Assembly (NCBI GenBank): GCA_965262725.1
Contig: OZ253555.1
Coordinates: forward strand, 1,477,256 to 1,541,255
DNA length: 64,000 nucleotides
Direction of reading: 5' to 3'
Source of the DNA: Dehalococcoidia bacterium
Lineage (GTDB): Bacteria > Chloroflexota > Dehalococcoidia > UBA2979
The notes below the pieces were generated by a model, which worked only from the letters and a program-made list of their open reading frames with translations, searched no databases and was not told where the DNA came from. This document shows, piece by piece, positions 57,507-64,000 of the stretch. The translations under genes and the position numbers were made by a program. Within the stretch, counting starts at the first letter, position 1. Each line of letters begins with the position of its first letter.

Positions 57507-58436
57507 GTGGCTGGCGAGCGGCCGGACGGCCTCGCCCCTCTGCGCCCGGTCCGCAGTCATCTCTATGCGCCCGGCAACAGCGAGAAGCTGCTGGACCGCG
57601 TGATGTCGGCGGGCGCCGACGCCGTCGTGCTCGACCTCGAGGATGCGGTGCCGCCGCCGGAGAAGGAGCGGGCTCGCGAGCTGGTGGCGGCGACTGTCCG
57701 TGCACGCGCGGCCGATCCGGATCCGCTCGTCTTCGTCCGCGTCAACCATCCGTCGACGGGACTGACCGCCAACGAGGTGGCGTCCGTCGTGTGCGCCGGC
57801 ATCGCCGGCATCCGCGTGCCCAAGACGGAGAGCGCCGGCGACGTGCGACAGGTTGCGACATGGATCGCGAAGGCGGAGCGTGAGGTCGGGCTGCCCGCCG
57901 GCTCCGTGGCGCTCATCCCCATCATCGAGAGCGCGAAGGGCGCGTGGCGGGCCGAGGAGATAGCAGGCGCCGATCCGCGCGTGCTCGCGCTCGCCTACGG
58001 CGCTGCCGATTTCGTGCGGGATCTCGACGCCAGGCCCGGCGCGGGCGGCACGGAGACCCTCTACGCCCGCTCGCGGCTGGTGCTCGCTTCGAGGGTCGCG
58101 GGAGTGCGGCCTCCCATCGATTCGGTGCTGACGAGGCTCGACGACGAGGCGGCGCTCCGCGCCGAGGCGGCGCAGGCGCGCGCGCTCGGCTACTTCGGCA
58201 AGTCGGCGATCCATCCGCGCCAGCTCCCCGCGATCCACGAGGCGTTCACTCCGACTGCGGAGGAAGTCGCTCACGCCCGCGCCATCCTCTCTGCCCAGGA
58301 CGCGGCAGAGCGCACCGGCTCCGGTGCGACCACCACCGCGGCGGCGGGAGGTGCGGGGCGCGAGTTCGTGGATGTGGCGGTCGTGCGTCGCGCCAGGCAG
58401 ACGCTCGAGCTCGCGGAGCGGCTCGGCGTCGGCTAG
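57507..58436 (+). CDS. HpcH/HpaI aldolase / citrate-lyase beta-subunit (CitE)-like acyl-CoA lyase.
   Basis: LYAPGNSEKLLDRVMSAGADAVVLDLEDAV...ESAKG...IHPRQ is the pattern of CitE/malyl-CoA lyase enzymes. Confidence 0.8.
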   Translation: MAGERPDGLAPLRPVRSHLYAPGNSEKLLDRVMSAGADAVVLDLEDAVPPPEKERARELVAATVRARAADPDPLVFVRVNHPSTGLTANEVASVVCAGIAGIRVPKTESAGDVRQVATWIAKAEREVGLPAGSVALIPIIESAKGAWRAEEIAGADPRVLALAYGAADFVRDLDARPGAGGTETLYARSRLVLASRVAGVRPPIDSVLTRLDDEAALRAEAAQARALGYFGKSAIHPRQLPAIHEAFTPTAEEVAHARAILSAQDAAERTGSGATTTAAAGGAGREFVDVAVVRRARQTLELAERLGVG

Positions 58437-58460
58437 CGCGACGGAGGGTGGGAGGCGGCG

Positions 58461-59294
58461 ATGAGCACGAGCGGAGCGCCGGAGAGCGTGGGGGAGCAGC
58501 TCGCCGCGCTCGTGGCGCGCGCGCGTGTATTTGACCTCGGTCATCCGCTAGAACCGACGATGCCGATCTCGCCGAACCATCCCGGCTATCGGATGGCCCT
58601 GCTCAGGCGCCACGGCGACATGGTGCGCCCTGACGGCGGATCCGCCGCAAATGAGATGATCGTGATGGGGGGACACACCGGCACGCACTTCGATGCGCTG
58701 TGTCATGTCTCGCACCAGGGAAAGCTTCACGGCGGCATCGACGCGGCCTCCGCGCAGACCCATGGTTCGCGCTTCTCTCAGCTCGGGGTCGAGACCGTCG
58801 AGCCGATCGTCTGTCGGGGTGTGCTCCTGGACATCGCGGCGGCGCGTGGGGTGGACGTGCTCGCCCCCGGCGAGCCCATCACGGCCGGGGATCTTGCCGC
58901 CGCCGCCGAGCGGGCGGGGGTCGAGGTGGGGGCCGGAGATGCGGTCCTCGTGCGCTCCGGCTGGGCACGCTACTGGGACGATCCTCCGCGCTACATCGGT
59001 CACGATTCGGGCGTGCCCGGCCCGGAGGAGGGCGCCGCGCGATGGCTCGCCGATCGCGGCATCCTCGTCACCGCGCACGACTCCATGGCATACGAGCATC
59101 TGCCGCCCGGGTCCGGTCACCGCCTGCTTCCCGTCCACCGTATCCTGCTCGTGGAGGCGGGCGTCTTCATCATCGAGAACGCGAACATGGAGGCGCTCGC
59201 CGCCGCGGGCGTGTGCGAGTTCCTCTTCTCCGTGAGCCCGCTTCCCTTCGTCGGCGGGACGGGCTCCCCGGTCCGCCCCGTCGCCGTCGCCTAG
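58461..59294 (+). CDS. Putative cyclase-family protein (kynurenine formamidase-like).
   Basis: HTGTHFDALCH metal-binding motif. 277 aa. Confidence 0.8.
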   Translation: MSTSGAPESVGEQLAALVARARVFDLGHPLEPTMPISPNHPGYRMALLRRHGDMVRPDGGSAANEMIVMGGHTGTHFDALCHVSHQGKLHGGIDAASAQTHGSRFSQLGVETVEPIVCRGVLLDIAAARGVDVLAPGEPITAGDLAAAAERAGVEVGAGDAVLVRSGWARYWDDPPRYIGHDSGVPGPEEGAARWLADRGILVTAHDSMAYEHLPPGSGHRLLPVHRILLVEAGVFIIENANMEALAAAGVCEFLFSVSPLPFVGGTGSPVRPVAVA

Positions 59295-59338
59295 CGTCGG
59301 CGACCGGCGCGCGCGCCCAGGCAGGGGGGAGGCGATGC

Positions 59339-60754
59339 ATGGCTAAGCAGGGCGATGAGACGATCCTGCGCACGCTCTCCGAGTTCATGGTGGGGACGGC
59401 GCCGGAGACCCTGCCGGCGGACGTCGCCTCGAGCGCCCGGCAGCGCGTCCTCGACGCGCTCGGGATCTGCCTGGCGGCCGACGCCCTGGGGCTGGGCGAC
59501 GGGGCGTGGGAGATCGTCCGGGAGTGGGGCGGCCGCGGGGAGTCGAGCGTCGTCGCTCGCGAGGGCCGCTTCCCGGCCCCGCAGGCGGCTCTGGTGAACG
59601 GGACGCTCGCGCACAGCCTCGACTTCGACGACACCCATCTCCCCTCGGTTCTGCACCCGAGTGCCTCCGTCGTGCCGGCCGTCTTGGCACAGGCGGAGGC
59701 ATCCGGCGCAAGCGGCGCGCAGGCGCTCGCGGCCGTGGCGTCGGGCCTCGAGGTCTGCGTGCGGCTGGGGATGGGTGGCTACCTCGAAGAGGAGGGGAAC
59801 ATCTTCTTCGAGAAGGGGTGGCACGCAACATCGATCTGCGGCGCGATCGCGTCGGCCGCAGCGGGCGCCCGCCTGCTCGGCCTCGACGCAGCCGGTATCG
59901 GCCACGCGATGGGTATCGCCTCGAGCATGGCGGGCGGTCTCATCGAGTCCAACCGCGCCGGCGGCACCGTCAAGCGTCTGCACTGCGGGTGGGCGGCACA
60001 CTCTGGCCTCACGGCCGCGCGGCTCGCCCAGCACGGCTACACCGGCCCCCCCACCGTTTTCGAGGGCCGCTTCGGCTTCTACAACGCCTATTGCGACGGT
60101 CGCTACGACAAGGAGGCGATCCTCGGCGGACTCGGCGAACGCTGGGAGGTTCCCGGGATCTTCTTCAAGCCCTACCCGGCGAATCACTACACGCATGCGG
60201 GAATCGACGCGGCACTCACCATCCGCGCGAGGCATGGCGTGGACGCGGACCGAATTGCGCGGATACGCCTCGGAGGAGCGACGTCCGCACTCCGCACGAT
60301 CGGTGAGCCCCGCGAGGAGAAGCTGCACCCGCAGTCCGGGTACCACGCGCAGTTCAGTGGGCCGTTCACGGTCGCGGCCGCATTGCTAGGGGGCGGCGGT
60401 CTGGGGCTCTCCTTCGAGGACTTCACCGACGAGCGCGCCGCCGATCCCCGCGTGCTCGCGCTCGCCGCGAAGGTGGAGACCTACGCCGATCCGGAGTGTG
60501 ATCGCATCTTCCCGATGCAGTTCCCCGCCGTGCTGAGCGTGGAGATGGATGACGGGACCGTCTTCGAGGAGCGCGTGCTCGTGAACCGCGGCGGCCCCGG
60601 TAATCCCCTCACCGACGGCGAGCTGCGGACGAAGTTCCGGATCAACGCGGAGCGAGCACTCCCGGCGGGGCGCGTGCAGGAACTCGCCGCGGCCTGTGAC
60701 GCGCTCGCGGATGCACCGGGCGTCGCGGGGCTGCTCGACCTGACGCGGTCTTAG
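59339..60754 (+). CDS. MmgE/PrpD-family protein (2-methylcitrate dehydratase-like).
   Basis: ATG at 59339 with SD GGGGGAGG. MmgE/PrpD length and patterning (VNGTLAHSLDFDD, GWHATSICGAIASAAAG). The track ORF 58700..60754 has an artefactual N-terminal extension. Confidence 0.85.
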   Translation: MAKQGDETILRTLSEFMVGTAPETLPADVASSARQRVLDALGICLAADALGLGDGAWEIVREWGGRGESSVVAREGRFPAPQAALVNGTLAHSLDFDDTHLPSVLHPSASVVPAVLAQAEASGASGAQALAAVASGLEVCVRLGMGGYLEEEGNIFFEKGWHATSICGAIASAAAGARLLGLDAAGIGHAMGIASSMAGGLIESNRAGGTVKRLHCGWAAHSGLTAARLAQHGYTGPPTVFEGRFGFYNAYCDGRYDKEAILGGLGERWEVPGIFFKPYPANHYTHAGIDAALTIRARHGVDADRIARIRLGGATSALRTIGEPREEKLHPQSGYHAQFSGPFTVAAALLGGGGLGLSFEDFTDERAADPRVLALAAKVETYADPECDRIFPMQFPAVLSVEMDDGTVFEERVLVNRGGPGNPLTDGELRTKFRINAERALPAGRVQELAAACDALADAPGVAGLLDLTRS

Positions 60755-60828
60755 CGGGGGTCCTCGGCGCAACTTCTAGCGAACATGGACGGTTCGATGC
60801 CCCCGGGTCCCCGGGGAGCCTGGCGCTG

Positions 60829-61098
60829 CTAGACTCCGGGCGGGTAGGGAGGTTGCCGCTGGGCTTCCTCCCACGCCTCATCGCTGAGCCCGGGCTGCCC
60901 GGTGCGGCCCTCTCGAGGTAGGTGCGCGTCGCTCGCGGGGCTGCGCGATGCGGGCACCGCGCTCAGAACGACGGCGATCGCGCCGAGCAGGAGGAAGCAG
61001 ACGATCCCCGCGACGCCCCAGGGCTCGGGGATCGCCCAAAGTGAGAGCCCGATGGCGAGCGCCAAGACGGCGGTGACGTTGCGGATGCGCGTGCGCAT
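60829..61098 (-). CDS. Small putative membrane protein (two predicted TM helices).
   Basis: VTAVLALAIGLSLWAI...GIVCFLLLGAIAVVLSAV. Confidence 0.4.
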   Translation of the reverse strand: MRTRIRNVTAVLALAIGLSLWAIPEPWGVAGIVCFLLLGAIAVVLSAVPASRSPASDAHLPREGRTGQPGLSDEAWEEAQRQPPYPPGV

Positions 61099-61151
61099 GG
61101 GTCAGTCTCCGCGTCGAGCGTAGCAGCACGCGGTGTTGCCGTGGCGCCAGG

Positions 61152-61562
61152 ATGATGAGGAGGATGCGGGTGCGCAAGCTGAGCCGTGACGAACTAGTCT
61201 CACTTGTCGTCGGCGACTACTTCGGTAAGACCGACGTGCGGCGGCTCGACGAGGTGCTGGAGACGATGCAACCCGACGTGACGTTTACGATCCCCACCCA
61301 CGACATTCACCACGCCGGACGCGACACTGGTATCCGCACGATGTTCGAGCGGCTCTTCCAAGAGCACGCCGCCGTGTGGCACGGGGATTTCCACCATGTC
61401 GTCGATGTCGACGAGCAGTGGATATCAAGCCAGTTCACCGTCCGGAACACCGAGCACGACGGCTCGGTGACGGAGAAGCACAACTGCAATTTCTTTGAGG
61501 TCGTCGACGGGAAGTTCAGCCGCGTCTGGGTCTACATGCAGGGAGAGAACACGCTCAACTGA
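61152..61562 (+). CDS. SnoaL-like / NTF2-like polyketide-cyclase-fold protein, 136 aa.
   Basis: The VTFTIPTHDIHHAGRDTGIRTMFERLFQEH...FEVVDGKFSRVWVY pattern is typical of the NTF2-like fold. Confidence 0.65.
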   Translation: MMRRMRVRKLSRDELVSLVVGDYFGKTDVRRLDEVLETMQPDVTFTIPTHDIHHAGRDTGIRTMFERLFQEHAAVWHGDFHHVVDVDEQWISSQFTVRNTEHDGSVTEKHNCNFFEVVDGKFSRVWVYMQGENTLN

Positions 61563-61772
61563 CTCGGCACTCGGGCTGGGATCAGGGGCGGAGGCCCGTC
61601 CCATCGGCGTGTGCACCGGACACGGCGAGGGGGACGCACGCGAGGACCGGTCCCTGAGGATGTCCCCTGCACTACCGCGCTCCGTGCGGGGGCATCGCTT
61701 CTGGCTCCTACCCTGCAGCGGGCCGATCGCTATCTCCGCGCCCGCTCTCGGCGTACGCTCGTCCGGCACTCG

Positions 61773-61849
61773 GGGCGATTAGCTCAGCTGGCGAGAGCAT
61801 CCGGTTTACACCCGGAAGGTCGGAGGTTCGAGTCCTTCATCGCCCACCA
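61773..61849 (+). tRNA. tRNA-Val (anticodon TAC), 77 nt with encoded CCA.
   Basis: gggcgattagctcagctggcgagagcatccggtttacacccggaaggtcggaggttcgagtccttcatcgcccacca. Anticodon loop ttTACac. T-loop ttcgagt. Confidence 0.9.
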
Positions 61850-61925
61850 TGACGTAGTGAACTGCGAACTCCGCCGCTGAAGGCGACCTCAGCGTTGTCC
61901 AGAGCGCCGTTCTCAACAAGGACAT

Positions 61926-62114
61926 GTGTTAGACCATGCCCGACCGAGGAAACACAGCATGCGCGCAAATCGGGCGATCGGTTTGGGCATCGCTCTCGGA
62001 GCTGGAGCAGGCGTAGGCATCGGCGCGGCACTCGGCAACATCGGCGTCGGTGTGGCAGTAGGAGTTGCCGTGGGCGTAGCGCTCAGCGCAAGTTGGGGCC
62101 GACATCGTCGCTAG
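61926..62114 (+). CDS. Small Gly-rich membrane protein (transglycosylase-associated / GlsB-YeaQ-like?).
   Basis: GLGIALGAGAGVGIGAALGNIGVGVAVGVAVGVAL hydrophobic GxxxG repeats. Confidence 0.3.
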   Translation: MLDHARPRKHSMRANRAIGLGIALGAGAGVGIGAALGNIGVGVAVGVAVGVALSASWGRHRR

Positions 62115-62395
62115 GGTCGGTGCTAGCATTCCCTGGTCCAAGGCACCCTCACTGAATCCTCATAGCAGAACCTCCCACCAAAAAAGTTCGCAGTTCGGTA
62201 CGCCCTGGCCCACCGACACGTACCGTACTCACAACTCGGCCCGATAAGGCGACCTCCGCGGCGTCGGCGCCCCCGATGGGGCTGTCCTTCGGCGTTGGAA
62301 TCGCGTAGTGCAGATGGCCACGCGGATCCGGCAGGCGGCCGCCCTGCCCGGGTGGCGCGGGTTCTGGCGAGCCGCGACGTGTAGGCCCGCAGCCA

Positions 62396-63988
62396 CTAGC
62401 GAGCAGCGCCTCCGCGCGGTTCCCCGCCCGCTGCTTTGTCGCCGGATTCACCTTTCGCCCCCACGGGGAGGTGGCGCGCCGGCATGAACCTCCCGACGAG
62501 CACCGCGCCCGCGAGGGCGACTCCCGCTCCCGCGAGCACGGCGACGCCGAGCGCGTCGGTGAACGCGATCTGCGCCGCGTCCTCGAGCTCGCGGGCGGCC
62601 TCGGCGGGCAACATCGACGCCACCCTGATTGCGGCTCCCACCGAGTCGCTCGCGGGCTCGGCGGCCTGCGGCGGCAGGCCGGCGACGGCCGCGTCCATGC
62701 GACCGGCGTAGGCGGTGTTGATGACGGAGCCGACGACGGCGACGCCGAAGGCTCCCGCCACCTGGCGCGTCACGTCGTTCATCGCCGAGGCGATGCCGGC
62801 GTTGGCCTCGGGGACCGCTCCCATCACCGAGTCGGTGGAGGGCGCCATGACGTTGCCCATGCCGAAGGCGAGCAGGAAGAAGGTCAGGCCGACGATTGCG
62901 TAGGGCGTGTCCGGCTGCCAGAGGCTGATGCTCACGAGGACTCCGGTCACGACGACAAGGCCCATGGCCACCACCCTGTTGGTGCCCAGCCTTCCGACCA
63001 AACGGTCGCTCATGCCCGCACCGACCGCGACGCCCAGCGCTACCGGAACCATCCTCAGGCCCGCCTCGAGCGGCGTGTAGTTCTGGACGAACTGCAGGTA
63101 CTGCGTCATCCCGAAGATCATCCCGAAGAGGGCGAAGAACCCGACCGCGATCGCCCCCGCCCCCGCCGAGAAGCGCAGGTTCCTGAAGAACGCGAGGTTG
63201 AGCATCGGGTGGTCGGTGCGGAACTCCCAGTAGAGGAACGCCGCGACGAGAACCACGCCGCTCGCAAGGCCCCCGACGATCAGGACGTCCGTCCAGCCCC
63301 TAGCCGGGGCCTCGATGATCGAGTAGACGAGCGTCGTCACGGCTGCGATTGAGAGCCCGGCGCCGGGGAGGTCCAGCGACGGCGCATGCGGGTCCTTGCT
63401 CTCCGGGACGAGGAGGAGTCCGGCCACGAGGGCGACCGCGACAATCGGGATGTTGACGAAGAACACGGACCCCCACCAGAAGTGCTCCAGCAGGAAGCCG
63501 CCGGTGAGCGGGCCGAGTCCGACGCCCAGCCCGGAGATCGCCGCCCAGACGCTGATCGCCCGGCCGCGCTCCTCCCTGGGGAAGACGTCGGTGAGGATCG
63601 AGAGGGTGGACGGCATGATCAGCGCGCCGCCGATGCCCAGCAGGGCGCGGGCCGCGATGAGCTGCGCGCTCGACTGCGAGTAGGCCGCGAGGAAGCTCGA
63701 CACCCCGAAGGCGACGAGCCCCACCTGCAGCGCGCGCTTGCGGCCGAAGCGATCGCCGAGCGACCCCATCGTCAGTAGCAGTCCGGCGAAGACGAGGATG
63801 TAGGCGTCGACCATCCACTGCAGGGCGGTGGCGCTCGCATCGAACTCCCGCTGAAGCGTCGGGAGCGCGACATTGAGGATCGTGTTGTCGAGCCCGATGA
63901 TCAGAAGGCTCATCGAGAGGATGCCGAGGGTCCACCAGCGCCTGCCGTACGCAGTCGACCGAGCCGAGTCTGAGTTCGCCTCCGTCAC
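62396..63988 (-). CDS. MFS transporter, DHA2 (14-TMS drug:H+ antiporter, EmrB/QacA) family, 530 aa.
   Basis: GLDNTILNVALP. GRKRALQVGLVAFGVSSFLAA. Multiple TM segments. The track ORF overlaps the + frame 62471..63352, which is an artefact. Confidence 0.9.
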   Translation of the reverse strand: MTEANSDSARSTAYGRRWWTLGILSMSLLIIGLDNTILNVALPTLQREFDASATALQWMVDAYILVFAGLLLTMGSLGDRFGRKRALQVGLVAFGVSSFLAAYSQSSAQLIAARALLGIGGALIMPSTLSILTDVFPREERGRAISVWAAISGLGVGLGPLTGGFLLEHFWWGSVFFVNIPIVAVALVAGLLLVPESKDPHAPSLDLPGAGLSIAAVTTLVYSIIEAPARGWTDVLIVGGLASGVVLVAAFLYWEFRTDHPMLNLAFFRNLRFSAGAGAIAVGFFALFGMIFGMTQYLQFVQNYTPLEAGLRMVPVALGVAVGAGMSDRLVGRLGTNRVVAMGLVVVTGVLVSISLWQPDTPYAIVGLTFFLLAFGMGNVMAPSTDSVMGAVPEANAGIASAMNDVTRQVAGAFGVAVVGSVINTAYAGRMDAAVAGLPPQAAEPASDSVGAAIRVASMLPAEAARELEDAAQIAFTDALGVAVLAGAGVALAGAVLVGRFMPARHLPVGAKGESGDKAAGGEPRGGAAR

Positions 63989-64000
63989 ACGTCGCTCCTT

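Overview
This is a high-GC (~70%) window from an Actinobacteria-like chromosome. It has three parts.

(1) Positions 1 to ~32260 form a dense anti-phage/anti-MGE defense island, probably the right arm of an integrative element. It carries:
- an excisionase-type HTH gene that runs off the left edge;
- an ArdC-like antirestriction gene;
- a Type I R-M system (hsdM, an embedded HEPN/MNT toxin-antitoxin pair, hsdS and hsdR) whose hsdS was split by an IS5-family insertion flanked by a 4-bp GTGC target duplication;
- an McrB/McrC pair with an abnormal gene junction;
- a KAP-family P-loop NTPase preceded by a hexanucleotide tandem repeat;
- an IS21-family element;
- a two-gene operon (a 901-aa protein with no recognisable domain plus a 1707-aa SF2 helicase with a C-terminal DUF1998 4-Cys domain) that matches the Druantia type III DruH/DruE architecture. 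This operon is the most interesting system in the window.
The island ends at a 3'-half copy of tRNA-Met, which looks like an att site.

(2) Positions ~32260 to 54520 are a mosaic region containing:
- a YgjP-like metallopeptidase, two phosphotransferases and a GyrI-like protein;
- a ~350-bp inverted repeat bracketing a second IS21 element and a frameshifted IS110;
- pyrF, a CYTH protein, a GNAT acetyltransferase and a SAM methyltransferase;
- a group II intron whose RT gene is split by a ~2.2-kb insertion (an IS5-family element plus ~0.9 kb of unexplained non-coding DNA);
- a nest of IS fragments (IS1380-like, IS481-like, IS5-like, and an intact IS630 with TA duplication);
- aroA and an intact tRNA-Met(CAT).

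(3) Positions 54800 to 64000 look like core genome: a hydantoinase / CoA-transferase / CitE-like lyase / cyclase / MmgE-PrpD operon, tRNA-Val(TAC) and a DHA2 MFS transporter.

Many long ORFs in the six-frame track are antisense artefacts of the high GC content and were ignored.
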